A DNA stretch of 64,000 nt from Gordius albopunctatus (Eukaryota): positions 7,626,001 through 7,690,000 of the forward strand of contig OZ193910.1 of assembly GCA_964276515.1 (NCBI GenBank). Reading direction: 5' to 3'. The notes beneath the pieces were generated by a model, which saw only the letters and a list, made by a program, of their open reading frames with translations, did no database searches and was not told the DNA's origin. Below, in pieces: positions 42,501-57,500 of this stretch; the stretch's first letter is position 1; each line of letters opens with the position of its first letter. The position numbers and the translations under genes were made by a program.

Positions 42501-45500
42501 AAAATTATTATTTTTCATATTCTTTTGAAAGGGAGATGAAAAAATCTTTAAAAATTAGTAAATATTCGTAGCATTTTGTCCTTGTTAGAATCTTGATAGG
42601 AATATATGCGTGGGGGGATGTTTGAGATTGAGAGAAATTAAAATTTTCGTGTTACGTTTATATTGTTTCAATATCGCTTTATAAGCGTGTCTCTAGTTTT
42701 AGTGAAACAAACTCTATGCGATCGTGATTTAGAGTTAATAATTTTTGATGACTGATCAAAAAAATGTTTTTCAAGGAATTCACCTCTTATACCGAAAACT
42801 TTCATGAGAGCTATATGGTTGAACAAAAAAATTGAAAAAATTTTGAGGTCGAAAAAATTATTATTTTTCATATTCTTTCGAAAGGGAGATGAAAAAATCT
42901 TTAAAAGTTAGTAAATATTCTTAGAATTTTGTCCTTGTTAGAATCTTGATAGGAATTTTTGCGTTGGCGATGTTTGAGATTGAGAGAAATTAAAATTTTC
43001 GTGTGGCGTTTAGATTGATTAAAAATCGCTTTATAAGCGTGTCTCTAGTTTTAGTGAAACAAGCTCTATGCGATCGTGATTTAGAGTTAATAATTTTTGA
43101 TGACTGATCAAAAAAATGTTTTTCAAGGAATTCATCTCTTATACGGAAAACTTTAATGAGAGCTATATGGTTGAACAAAAAAATTGAAAAAATTTTGAGG
43201 TCGAAAAAAATATTATTTTTCAAATTCTTTCGAAAGGGAGATGAAAAAATCTTTAAAAGTTATTAAATATTCTTAGCATTTTGTCCTTGTTAGAATATTG
43301 ATAGAAATTTATGCGTGGGGGGATGTTTTAGATTGAGAGAAATTAAAATTTAGGTGTTGCGTTTATATTGTTTCAATATCGCTTTATAAGCGTGTCTCTA
43401 GTTTTAGTGTAAAAAGCTCTATGCGATCGTGATTTAGAGTTAATAATTTTTGATGACTGATCAAAAAAATGTTTTTCAAGCAATTCACCTCTTATACCGA
43501 AAACTTTCATGAGAGCTATATGGTTGAACAAAAAAATTGAAAAAATTTTGAGGTCGAAAAAAATATTATTTTTCAAATTCTTTCGAAAGGGAGATGAAAA
43601 AATCTTTAAAAGTTAGTAAATATTCTCAGAATTTTGTCCTTGTTAGAATCTTGATAGAAATTTAGGCGTGGGGGGATGTTTTAGATTGAGAGAAATTAAA
43701 ATTTAGGTGTTGCGTTTATATTGTTTCAATATCGCTTTATAAGCGTGTCTCTAGTTTTAGTGAAACAAGCTCTATGCGATCGTGATTTAGAGTTAATAAT
43801 TTTTGATGACTGATCAAAAAAATGTTTTTCAAGGAATTCACCTCTTATACCGAAAACTTTCATGAGAACTATATGGTTGAACAAAAAAATTAAAACAATT
43901 TTGAGGTCGAAAAAAATATTATTTTTCATATTCTTTCGAAAGGGAGATGAAAAAATCTTTAAAAGTTAGTAAATATTCTTAGCATTTTGTCCTTTCTTGA
44001 TAGGAATTTTTGCGTGGGGGGATGTTTTAGATTGAGAGAAATTAAAATTTAGGTGTTGCGTTTATATTGTTTCAATATCGCTTTATAAGCGTGTCTCTAG
44101 TTTTAGTGTAAAAAGCTCTATGCGATCGTGATTTAGAGTTAATAATTTTTGATGACTGATCAAAAAAATGTTTTTCAAGCAATTCACCTCTTATACCGAA
44201 AACTTTCATGAGAGCTATATGGTTGAACAAAAAAATTGAAAAAATTTTGAGGTCGAAAAAAATATTATTTTTCAAATTCTTTCGAAAGGGAGATGAAAAA
44301 ATCTTTAAAAGTTAGTAAATATTCTTAGAATTTTGTCCTTGTTAGAATCTTGATAGAAATTTAGGCGTGGGGGGATGTTTTAGATATAGAGAAATTAAAA
44401 TTTAGGTGTTGCGTTTATATTGTTTCAATATCGCTTTATAAGCGTGTCTCTAGTTTTAGTGAAACAAGCTCTATGCGATCGTGATTTACAGTTAATAATT
44501 TTTGATGACTGATCAAAAAAATGTTTTTCAAGGAATTCACCTCTTATACCGAAAACTTTCATGAGAACTATATGGTTGAACAAAAAAATTAAAACAATTT
44601 TGAGGTCGAAAAAAATATTATTTTTCATATTCTTTCGAAAGGGAGATGAAAAAATCTTTAAAAGTTAGTAAATATTCTTAGCATTTTGTCCTTTCTTGAT
44701 AGGAATTTTTGCGTGGGGGATGTTTGAGATTGAGAGAAATTAAAATTTTCGTGTTGCGTTTAGATTGATTCAATATCGCTTTATAAGCGTGTCTCTAGTT
44801 TTAGTGAAACAAGCTCTATGCGATCGTGATTTACAGTTAATAATTTTTGATGACTGATCAAAAAAATGTTTTTCAAGGAATTCACCTCTTATACCGAAAA
44901 CTTTCATGAGAGCTATATGGTTGAACAAAAAAAATTAAAACAATTTTGAGGTCGAAAAAAATATTATTTTTCATATTCTTTCGAAAGGGAGATGAAAAAA
45001 TCTTTAAAAGTTAGTAAATATTCTTAGAATTTTGTCCTTGTTAGAATCTTGATAGAAATTTAGGCGTGGGGGGATGTTTTAGATATAGAGAAATTAAAAT
45101 TTAGGTGTTGCGTTTATATTGTTTCAATATCGCTTTATAAGCGTGTCTCTAGTTTTAGTGAAACAAGCTCTATGCGATCGTGATTTACAGTTAATAATTT
45201 TTGATGACTGATCAAAAAAATGTTTTTCAAGGAATTCACCTCTTATACCGAAAACTTTCATGAGAACTATATGGTTGAACAAAAAAATTAAAACAATTTT
45301 GAGGTCGAAAAAAATATTATTTTTCATATTCTTTCGAAAGGGAGATGAAAAAATCTTTAAAAGTTAGTAAATATTCTTAGCATTTTGTCCTTTCTTGATA
45401 GGAATTTTTGCGTGGGGGATGTTTGAGATTGAGAGAAATTAAAATTTTCGTGTTGCGTTTAGATTGATTCAATATCGCTTTATAAGCGTGTCTCTAGTTT

Positions 45501-48500
45501 TAGTGAAACAAGCTCTATGCGATCGTGATTTACAGTTAATAATTTTTGATGACTGATCAAAAAAATGTTTTTCAAGGAATTCACCTCTTATACCGAAAAC
45601 TTTCATGAGAGCTATATGGTTGAACAAAAAAAATTAAAACAATTTTGAGGTCGAAAAAAATATTATTTTTCATATTCTTTCGAAAGGGAGATGAAAAAAT
45701 CTTTAAAAGTTATTAAATATTCTTAGCATTTTGTCCTTGTTAGAATCTTGATAGGAATTTTTGCGTGGGGGGATGTTTGAGATTGAGAGAAATTAAAATT
45801 TTCGTGTTGCGTTTATATTGTTTCAATATCGCTTTATAAGCGTGTCTCTAGTTTTAGTGTAAAAAGCTCTATGCGATCGTGATTTAGAGTTAATAATTTT
45901 TGATGACTGATCAAAAAAATGTTTTTCAAGCAATTCACCTCTTATACCGAAAACTTTCATGAGAGCTATATGGTTGAACAAAAAAATTGAAAAAATTTTG
46001 AGGTCGAAAAAAATATTATTTTTCAAATTCTTTCGAAAGGGAGATGAAAAAATCTTTAAAAGTTAGTAAATATTCTCAGAATTTTGTCCTTGTTAGAATC
46101 TTGATAGAAATTTAGGCGTGGGGGGATGTTTTAGATTGAGAGAAATTAAAATTTAGGTGTTGCGTTTATATTGTTTCAATATCGCTTTATAAGCGTGTCT
46201 CTAGTTTTAGTGAAACAAGCTCTATGCGATCGTGATTTAGAGTTAATAATTTTTGATGACTGATCAAAAAAATGTTTTTCAAGGAATTCACCTCTTATAC
46301 CGAAAACTTTCATGAGAACTATATGGTTGAACAAAAAAATTAAAACAATTTTGAGGTCGAAAAAAATATTATTTTTCATATTCTTTCGAAAGGGAGATGA
46401 AAAAATCTTTAAAAGTTAGTAAATATTCTTAGCATTTTGTCCTTTCTTGATAGGAATTTTTGCGTGGGGGGATGTTTTAGATTGAGAGAAATTAAAATTT
46501 AGGTGTTGCGTTTATATTGTTTCAATATCGCTTTATAAGCGTGTCTCTAGTTTTAGTGTAAAAAGCTCTATGCGATCGTGATTTAGAGTTAATAATTTTT
46601 GATGACTGATCAAAAAAATGTTTTTCAAGCAATTCACCTCTTATACCGAAAACTTTCATGAGAGCTATATGGTTGAACAAAAAAATTGAAAAAATTTTGA
46701 GGTCGAAAAAAATATTATTTTTCAAATTCTTTCGAAAGGGAGATGAAAAAATCTTTAAAAGTTAGTAAATATTCTTAGAATTTTGTCCTTGTTAGAATCT
46801 TGATAGGAATTTTTGCGTGGGGGATGTTTGAGATTGAGAGAAATTAAAATTTTCGTGTTGCGTTTATATTGTTTCAATATCGCTTTATAAGCGTGTCTCT
46901 AGTTTTAGTGAAACAAGCTCTATGCGATCGTGATTTACAGTTAATAATTTTTGATGACTGATCAAAAAAATGTTTTTCAAGGAATTCACCTCTTATACCG
47001 AAAACTTTCATGAGAACTATATGGTTGAACAAAAAAATTAAAACAATTTTGAGGTCGAAAAAAATATTATTTTTCATATTCTTTCGAAAGGGAGATGAAA
47101 AAATCTTTAAAAGTTAGTAAATATTCTTAGCATTTTGTCCTTTCTTGATAGGAATTTTTGCGTGGGGGATGTTTGAGATTGAGAGAAATTAAAATTTTCG
47201 TGTTGCGTTTAGATTGATTCAATATCGCTTTATAAGCGTGTCTCTAGTTTTAGTGAAACAAGCTCTATGCGATCGTGATTTACAGTTAATAATTTTTGAT
47301 GACTGATCAAAAAAATGTTTTTCAAGGAATTCACCTCTTATACCGAAAACTTTCATGAGAGCTATATGGTTGAACAAAAAAAATTAAAACAATTTTGAGG
47401 TCGAAAAAAATATTATTTTTCATATTCTTTCGAAAGGGAGATGAAAAAATCTTTAAAAGTTATTAAATATTCTTAGCATTTTGTCCTTGTTAGAATCTTG
47501 ATAGGAATTTTTGCGTGGGGGGATGTTTGAGATTGAGAGAAATTAAAATTTTCGTGTTGCGTTTAGATTGATTCAATTTCGCTTTATAAGCGTGTCTCTA
47601 GTTTTAGTGAAACAAGCTCTATGCGATCGTGATTTAGAGTTAATAATTTTTGATGACTGATCAAAAAAATGTTTTTCAAGGAATTCACCTCTTATACCGA
47701 AAACTTTCATGAGAGCTTAATGGTTGAACAAAAAAAATTAAAACAATTTTGAGGTCGAAAAAAATATTATTTTTCATATTCTTTCGAAAAGGAGATGAAA
47801 AAAGAATTTTTGCGTGGGGGATGTTTGAGATTGAGAGAAATTAAAATTTTCGTGTTGCGTTTAGATTGTTTCAATATCGCTTTATAAGCGTGTCTCTAGT
47901 TTTAGTGAAACAAGCTCTATGCGATGGTGATTCAGAGTTAATAATTTTTGATGACTGATCAAAAAAATGTTTTTCAAGGAATTCACCTCTTATACCGAAA
48001 ACTTTCATGAGAACTATATGGTTGAACAAAAAAATTGAAAAAATTTTGAGGTCGAAAAAAATATTATTTTTCATATTTTTTCGAAAGGGAGATGAAAAAA
48101 TCTTTAAAAGTTAGTAAATATTCTTAGCATTTTGTCCTTGTTAGAATATTGATAGAAATTTATGCGTGGGGGGATGTTTTAGATTGAGAGAAATTAAAAT
48201 TTAGGTGTTGCGTTTATATTTTTTCAATATCGCTTTATAAGCGTGTCTCTAGTTTTAGTGTAACAAGCTCTATGCGATCGTGATTTAGAGTTAATAATTT
48301 TTGATGACTGATCAAAAAAATGTTTTTAAGCAATTCACCTCTTATACAGAAAACTTTCATGAGAGCTATATGGTTGAACAAAAAAATTGAAAAAATTTTG
48401 AGGTCGAAAAAAATATTATTTTTCAAATTCTTTCGAAAGGGAGATGAAAAAATCTTTAAAAGTTAGTAAATATTCTTAGAATTTTGTCCTTGTTAGAATC

Positions 48501-51500
48501 TTGATAGGAATTTTTGCGTTGGCGATGTTTGAGATTGAGAGAAATTAAAATTTTCGTGTGGCGTTTAGATTGATTAAACATCGCTTTATAAGCGTGTCTC
48601 TAGTTTTAGTGAAACAAGCTCTATGCGATCGTGATTTAGAGTTAATAATTTTTGATGACTGATCAAAAAAATGTTTTTCAAGGAATTCATCTCTTATACG
48701 GAAAACTTTAATGAGAGCTATATGGTTGAACAAAAAAATTGAAAAAATTTTGAGGTCGAAAAAAATATTTTTTTTCATATTCTTTCGTAAGGGAGATGAA
48801 AAAATCTTTAAAAGTTATTAAATATTCTTAGCATTTTGTCCTTGTTAGAATCTTGATAGGAATTTTTGCGTTGGCGATGTTTGAGATTGAGAGAAATTAA
48901 AATTTTCGTGTGGCGTTTAGATTGATTAAAAATCGCTTTATAAGCGTGTCTCTAGTTTTAGTGAAACAAGCTCTATGCGATCGTGATTTAGAGTTAATAA
49001 TTTTTGATGACTGATCAAAAAAATGTTTTTCAAGGAATTCATCTCTTATACGGAAAACTTTCATGAGAGCTATATGGTTGAACAAAAAAAATTAAAACAA
49101 TTTCGAGGTCGAAAAAAATATTATTTTTCATATTCTTTCGAAAGGGAGATGAAAAAATCTTTAAAAGTTAGTAAATATTCTTAGCATTTTGTCCTTGTTA
49201 GAATATTGATAGAAATTTATGCGTGGGGGGATGTTTTAGATTGAGAGAAATTAAAATTTAGGTGTTGCGTTTATATTTTTTCAATATCGCTTTATAAGCG
49301 TGTCTCTAGTTTTAGTGTAACAAGCTCTATGCGATCGTGATTTAGAGTTAATAATTTTTGATGACTGATCAAAAAAATGTTTTTCAAGCAATTCACCTCT
49401 TATACAGAAAACTTTCATGAGAGCTATATGGTTGAACAAAAAAATTGAAAAAATTTTGAGGTCGAAAAAAATATTATTTTTCAAATTCTTTCGAAAGGGA
49501 GATGAAAAAATCTTTAAAAGTTAGTAAATATTCTTAGAATTTTGTCCTTGTTAGAATCTTGATAGGAATTTTTGCGTTGGCGATGTTTGAGATTGAGAGA
49601 AATTAAAATTTTCGTGTGGCGTTTAGATTGATTAAACATCGCTTTATAAGCGTGTCTCTAGTTTTAGTGAAACAAGCTCTATGCGATCGTGATTTAGAGT
49701 TAATAATTTTTGATGACTGATCAAAAAAATGTTTTTCAAGGAATTCATCTCTTATACGGAAAACTTTAATGAGAGCTATATGGTTGAACAAAAAAATTGA
49801 AAAAATTTTGAGGTCGAAAAAAATATTTTTTTTCATATTCTTTCGTAAGGGAGATGAAAAAATCTTTAAAAGTTAATAAATATTCTTAGCATTTTGTCCT
49901 TGTTAGAATCTTGATAGGAATTTTTGCGTTGGCGATGTTTGAGATTGAGAGAAATTAAAATTTTCGTGTGGCGTTTAGATTGATTAAAAATCGCTTTATA
50001 AGCGTGTCTCTAGTTTTAGTGAAACAAGCTCTATGCGATCGTGATTTAGAGTTAATAATTTTTGATGACTGATCAAAAAAATGTTTTTCAAGGAATTCAT
50101 CTCTTATACGGAAAACTTTCATGAGAGCTATATGGTTGAACAAAAAAAATTAAAACAATTTCGAGGTCGAAAAAAATATTATTTTTCATATTCTTTCGAA
50201 AGGGAGATGAAAAAATCTTTAAAAGTTAGTAAATATTCTTAGAATTTTGTCCTTGTTAGAATCTTGATAGGAATTTTTGCGTTGGCGATGTTTGAGATTG
50301 AGAGAAATTAAAATTTTCGTGTGGCGTTTAGATTGATTAAAAATCGCTTTATAAGCGTGTCTCTAGTTTTAGTGAAACAAGCTCTATGCGATCGTGATTT
50401 AGAGTTAATAATTTTTGATGACTGATCAAAAAAATGTTTTTCAAGGAATTCATCTCTTATACCGAAAACTTTCATGAGAGCTATATGGTTGAACAAAAAA
50501 AATTAAAACAATTTTGAGGTCGAAAAAAATATTGTTTTTCATATTCTTTCGAAAGGGAGATGAAAAAATCTTTAAAAGTTATTAAATATTCTTAGCATTT
50601 TGTCCTTGTTAGAATCTTGATAGGAATTTTTGCGTGGGGGGATGTTTGAGATTGAGAGAAATTAAAATTTAGGTGTTGCGTTTATATTGTTTCAATATCG
50701 CTTTATAAGCGTGTCTCTAGTTTTAGTGAAACAAGCTCTATGCGATCGTGATTTAGAGTTAATAATTTTTGATGACTGATCAAAAAAATGTTTTTCAAGG
50801 AATTCACCTTTTATACCGAAAACTTTCATGAGAGCTATATGGTTGAACAAAAAAATTGAAAAAATTTTGAGGTCGAAAAAAATATTATTTTTCATATTGT
50901 TTCGAAAGGGAGATGAAAAAATCTTTAAAAGTTAGTAAATATTCTTAGCATTTTGTCCTTGTTAGAATCTTGATAGGAATTTATGCGTGGGGGGATGTTT
51001 GAGATTGAGAGAAATTAAAATTTTCGTGTTGCGTTTAGATTGATTCAATATCGCTTTATAAGCGTGTCTCTAGTTTTAGTGAAACAAGCTCTATGCGATC
51101 GTGATTTAGAGTTAATAATTTTTGATGACTGATCAAAAAAATGTTTTTCAAGGAATTCACCTCTTATACCGAAAACTTTCATGAGAGCTATATGGTTGAA
51201 CAAAAAAATAGAAAAAATTTTGAGGTCGAAAAAATTATTATTTTTCATATTCTTTTGAAAGGGAGATGAAAAAATCTTTAAAAGTTAGTAAATATTCTTA
51301 GCATTTTGTCCTTGTTAGAATCTTGATAGGAATTTTTGCGTGGGGGGATGTTTGAGATTGAGAGAAATTAAAATTTTCGTGTTGCGTTTAGATTGATTCA
51401 ATATCGCTTTATAAGCGTGTCTCTAGTTTTAGTGAAACAAGCTCTATGCGATCGTGATTTAGAGTTAATAATTTTTGATGAATGATCCAAAAAAATGTTT

Positions 51501-54500
51501 TTCAAGGAATTCATCTCTTATACCGAAAACTTTCATGAGAACTATATGGTTGAACAAAAAAATTGAAAAAATTTTGAGGTCGAAAAAAATATTATTTTTC
51601 ATATTCATTCGAAAAGGAGATGAAAAAATCTTTAAAAGTTAGTAAATATTCTTAGCATTTTGTCCTTGTTAGAATCTTGATAGGAATTTTTGCGTGGGGG
51701 GATGTTTGAGATTGAGAGAAATTAAAATTTTCGTGTTGCGTTTAGATTGTTTCAATATCGCTTTATAAGCGTGTCTCTAGTTTTAGTGAAACAAACTCTA
51801 TGCGATCGTGATTCAGAGTTAATAATTTTTGATGACTGATCAAAAAAATGTTTTTCAAGGAATTCACCTCTTATACCGAAAACTTTCATGAGAGCTATAT
51901 GGTTGAACAAAAAAATTTAAAAAATTTTGAGGTCGAAAAAAATATTATTTTTCATATTCTTTCGAAAGGGATATGAAAAAATCTTTAAAAGTTAGTAAAT
52001 ATTCTTAGCATTTTGTGCTTGTTAGAATCTTGATAGGAATTTTTGCGTGGGGGGATGTTTTAGATTGAGAGAAATTAAAATTTAGGTGTTGCGTTTATAT
52101 TGTTTCAATATCGCTTTATAAGCGTGTCTCTAGTTTTAGTTAAACAAGCTCTTTGCGATCGTGATTTAGAGTTAATAATTTTTGATGACTGATCAAAAAA
52201 ATGTTTTTCAAGGAATTCACCTCTTATACCGAAAATTTTCATGAGAGCTATATGGTTGAACAAAAAAATTGAAAAAATTTTGAGGTCGAAAAAAATATTA
52301 TTTTTCATATTGTTTCGAAAGGGAGATGAAAAAATCTTTAAAAGTTAGTAAATATTCTTAGCATTTTGTCCTTGTTAGAATCTTGATAGGAATTTTTGCG
52401 TGGGGGGATGTTTGAGATTGAGAGAAATTAAAATTTTCGTGTTGCGTTTAGATTGATTCAATATCGCTTTATAAGCGTGTCTCTAGTTTTAGTGAAACAA
52501 GCTCTATGCGATCGTGATTTAGAGTTAATAATTTTTGATGACTGATCAAAAAAATGTTTTTCAAGGAATTCACCTCTTATACCGAAAACTTTCATGAGAG
52601 CTATATGGTTGAACAAAAAAATATAAAAAATTTTGAGGTCGAAAAAATTATTATTTTTCATATTCTTTTGAAAGGGAGATGAAAAAATCTTTAAAAGTTA
52701 GTAAATATTCTTAGCATTTTGTCCTTGTTAGAATCTTGATAGGAATTTATGCGTGGGGGGATGTTTGAGATTGAGAGAAATTAAAATTTTCGTGTTGCGT
52801 TTAGATTGATTCAATATCGCTTTATAAGCGTGTCTCTAGTTTTAGTGAAACAAGCTCTATGCGATCGTGATTTAGAGTTAATAATTTTTGATGACTGATC
52901 AAAAAAATGTTTTTCAAGGAATTCACCTCTTATACCGAAAATTTTCATGAGAGCTATATGGTTGAACAAAAAAATTGAAAAAATTTTGAGGTCGAAAAAA
53001 ATATTATTTTTCATATTGTTTCGAAAGGGAGATGAAAAAATCTTTAAAAGTTAGTAAATATTCTTAGCATTTTGTCCTTGTTAGAATCTTGATAGGAATT
53101 TTTGCGTGGGGGGATGTTTTAGATTGAGAGAAATTAAAATTTAGGTGTTGCGTTTATATTGTTTCAATATCGCTTTATAAGCGAGCTCTATGCGATCGTG
53201 ATTTAGTGTTAATAATTTTTGATGACTGATCAAAAAAATGTTTTTCAAGGAATTCACCTCTTATACCGAAAACTTTCATGAGAGCTATATGGTTGAACAA
53301 AAAAATTGAAAAAATTTTGAGGTCGAAAAAATTATTATTTTTCATATTCTTTTGAAAGGGAGATGAAAAAATCTTTAAAAATTAGTAAATATTCGTAGCA
53401 TTTTGTCCTTGTTAGAATCTTGATAGGAATATATGCGTGGGGGGATGTTTGAGATTGAGAGAAATTAAAATTTTCGTGTTACGTTTATATTGTTTCAATA
53501 TCGCTTTATAAGCGTGTCTCTAGTTTTAGTGAAACAAACTCTATGCGATCGTGATTTAGAGTTAATAATTTTTGATGACTGATCAAAAAAATGTTTTTCA
53601 AGGAATTCACCTCTTATACCGAAAACTTTCATGAGAGCTATATGGTTGAACAAAAAAATTGAAAAAATTTTGAGGTCGAAAAAATTATTATTTTTCATAT
53701 TCTTTCGAAAGGGAGATGAAAAAATCTTTAAAAGTTAGTAAATATTCTTAGAATTTTGTCCTTGTTAGAATCTTGATAGGAATTTTTGCGTTGGCGATGT
53801 TTGAGATTGAGAGAAATTAAAATTTTCGTGTGGCGTTTAGATTGATTAAAAATCGCTTTATAAGCGTGTCTCTAGTTTTAGTGAAACAAGCTCTATGCGA
53901 TCGTGATTTAGAGTTAATAATTTTTGATGACTGATCAAAAAAATGTTTTTCAAGGAATTCATCTCTTATACGGAAAACTTTAATGAGAGCTATATGGTTG
54001 AACAAAAAAATTGAAAAAATTTTGAGGTCGAAAAAAATATTATTTTTCAAATTCTTTCGAAAGGGAGATGAAAAAATCTTTAAAAGTTATTAAATATTCT
54101 TAGCATTTTGTCCTTGTTAGAATATTGATAGAAATTTATGCGTGGGGGGATGTTTTAGATTGAGAGAAATTAAAATTTAGGTGTTGCGTTTATATTGTTT
54201 CAATATCGCTTTATAAGCGTGTCTCTAGTTTTAGTGTAAAAAGCTCTATGCGATCGTGATTTAGAGTTAATAATTTTTGATGACTGATCAAAAAAATGTT
54301 TTTCAAGCAATTCACCTCTTATACCGAAAACTTTCATGAGAGCTATATGGTTGAACAAAAAAATTGAAAAAATTTTGAGGTCGAAAAAAATATTATTTTT
54401 CAAATTCTTTCGAAAGGGAGATGAAAAAATCTTTAAAAGTTAGTAAATATTCTCAGAATTTTGTCCTTGTTAGAATCTTGATAGAAATTTAGGCGTGGGG

Positions 54501-57500
54501 GGATGTTTTAGATTGAGAGAAATTAAAATTTAGGTGTTGCGTTTATATTGTTTCAATATCGCTTTATAAGCGTGTCTCTAGTTTTAGTGAAACAAGCTCT
54601 ATGCGATCGTGATTTAGAGTTAATAATTTTTGATGACTGATCAAAAAAATGTTTTTCAAGGAATTCACCTCTTATACCGAAAACTTTCATGAGAACTATA
54701 TGGTTGAACAAAAAAATTAAAACAATTTTGAGGTCGAAAAAAATATTATTTTTCATATTCTTTCGAAAGGGAGATGAAAAAATCTTTAAAAGTTAGTAAA
54801 TATTCTTAGCATTTTGTCCTTTCTTGATAGGAATTTTTGCGTGGGGGGATGTTTTAGATTGAGAGAAATTAAAATTTAGGTGTTGCGTTTATATTGTTTC
54901 AATATCGCTTTATAAGCGTGTCTCTAGTTTTAGTGTAAAAAGCTCTATGCGATCGTGATTTAGAGTTAATAATTTTTGATGACTGATCAAAAAAATGTTT
55001 TTCAAGCAATTCACCTCTTATACCGAAAACTTTCATGAGAGCTATATGGTTGAACAAAAAAATTGAAAAAATTTTGAGGTCGAAAAAAATATTATTTTTC
55101 AAATTCTTTCGAAAGGGAGATGAAAAAATCTTTAAAAGTTAGTAAATATTCTTAGAATTTTGTCCTTGTTAGAATCTTGATAGAAATTTAGGCGTGGGGG
55201 GATGTTTTAGATATAGAGAAATTAAAATTTAGGTGTTGCGTTTATATTGTTTCAATATCGCTTTATAAGCGTGTCTCTAGTTTTAGTGAAACAAGCTCTA
55301 TGCGATCGTGATTTAGAGTTAATAATTTTTGATGACTGATCAAAAAAATGTTTTTCAAGGAATTCACCTCTTATACCGAAAACTTTCATGAGAACTATAT
55401 GGTTGAACAAAAAAATTAAAACAATTTTGAGGTCGAAAAAAATATTATTTTTCATATTCTTTCGAAAGGGAGATGAAAAAATCTTTAAAAGTTAGTAAAT
55501 ATTCTTAGCATTTTGTCCTTTCTTGATAGGAATTTTTGCGTGGGGGATGTTTGAGATTGAGAGAAATTAAAATTTTCGTGTTGCGTTTAGATTGATTCAA
55601 TATCGCTTTATAAGCGTGTCTCTAGTTTTAGTGAAACAAGCTCTATGCGATCGTGATTTACAGTTAATAATTTTTGATGACTGATCAAAAAAATGTTTTT
55701 CAAGGAATTCACCTCTTATACCGAAAACTTTCATGAGAGCTATATGGTTGAACAAAAAAAATTGAAAAAATTTTGAGGTCGAAAAAAATATTATTTTTCA
55801 AATTCTTTCGAAAGGGAGATGAAAAAATCTTTAAAAGTTAGTAAATATTCTTAGAATTTTGTCCTTGTTAGAATATTGATAGAAATTTAGGCGTGGGGGG
55901 ATGTTTTAGATTGAGAGAAATTAAAATTTAGGTGTTGCGTTTATATTGTTTCAATATCGCTTTATAAGCGTGTCTCTAGTTTTAGTGAAACAAGCTCTAT
56001 GCGATCGTGATTTACAGTTAATAATTTTTGATGACTGATCAAAAAAATGTTTTTCAAGGAATTCACCTCTTATACCGAAAACTTTCATGAGAACTATATG
56101 GTTGAACAAAAAAATTAAAACAATTTTGAGGTCGAAAAAAATATTATTTTTCATATTCTTTCGAAAGGGAGATGAAAAAATCTTTAAAAGTTAGTAAATA
56201 TTCTTAGCATTTTGTCCTTTCTTGATAGGAATTTTTGCGTGGGGGATGTTTGAGATTGAGAGAAATTAAAATTTTCGTGTTGCGTTTAGATTGATTCAAT
56301 ATCGCTTTATAAGCGTGTCTCTAGTTTTAGTGAAACAAGCTCTATGCGATCGTGATTTACAGTTAATAATTTTTGATGACTGATCAAAAAAATGTTTTTC
56401 AAGGAATTCACCTCTTATACCGAAAACTTTCATGAGAGCTATATGGTTGAACAAAAAAAATTAAAACAATTTTGAGGTCGAAAAAAATATTATTTTTCAT
56501 ATTCTTTCGAAAGGGAGATGAAAAAATCTTTAAAAGTTATTAAATATTCTTAGCATTTTGTCCTTGTTAGAATCTTGATAGGAATTTTTGCGTGGGGGGA
56601 TGTTTGAGATTGAGAGAAATTAAAATTTTCGTGTTGCGTTTAGATTGATTCAATTTCGCTTTATAAGCGTGTCTCTAGTTTTAGTGAAACAAGCTCTATG
56701 CGATCGTGATTTAGAGTTAATAATTTTTGATGACTGATCAAAAAAATGTTTTTCAAGGAATTCACCTCTTATACCGAAAACTTTCATGAGAGCTTAATGG
56801 TTGAACAAAAAAAATTAAAACAATTTTGAGGTCGAAAAAAATATTATTTTTCATATTCTTTCGAAAAGGAGATGAAAAAAGAATTTTTGCGTGGGGGATG
56901 TTTGAGATTGAGAGAAATTAAAATTTTCGTGTTGCGTTTAGATTGTTTCAATATCGCTTTATAAGCGTGTCTCTAGTTTTAGTGAAACAAGCTCTATGCG
57001 ATGGTGATTCAGAGTTAATAATTTTTGATGACTGATCAAAAAAATGTTTTTCAAGGAATTCACCTCTTATACCGAAAACTTTCATGAGAACTATATGGTT
57101 GAACAAAAAAATTGAAAAAATTTTGAGGTCGAAAAAAATATTATTTTTCATATTTTTTCGAAAGGGAGATGAAAAAATCTTTAAAAGTTAGTAAATATTC
57201 TTAGCATTTTGTCCTTGTTAGAATATTGATAGAAATTTATGCGTGGGGGGATGTTTTAGATTGAGAGAAATTAAAATTTAGGTGTTGCGTTTATATTTTT
57301 TCAATATCGCTTTATAAGCGTGTCTCTAGTTTTAGTGTAACAAGCTCTATGCGATCGTGATTTAGAGTTAATAATTTTTGATGACTGATCAAAAAAATGT
57401 TTTTCAAGCAATTCACCTCTTATACAGAAAACTTTCATGAGAGCTATATGGTTGAACAAAAAAATTGAAAAAATTTTGAGGTCGAAAAAAATATTATTTT

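Larger units (their letters stand above)
30600..48200. repeat. Domain dominated by subfamily A monomers (GCGTGGGGGGATG, GTTGCG, CACCTC, ATACCG); 30.6-43 kb is the most heterogeneous part
   Basis: The G6/G5 run and ATACCG occur in most monomers, along with many low-frequency SNPs and the 22-bp deletion allele. Confidence 0.85.
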
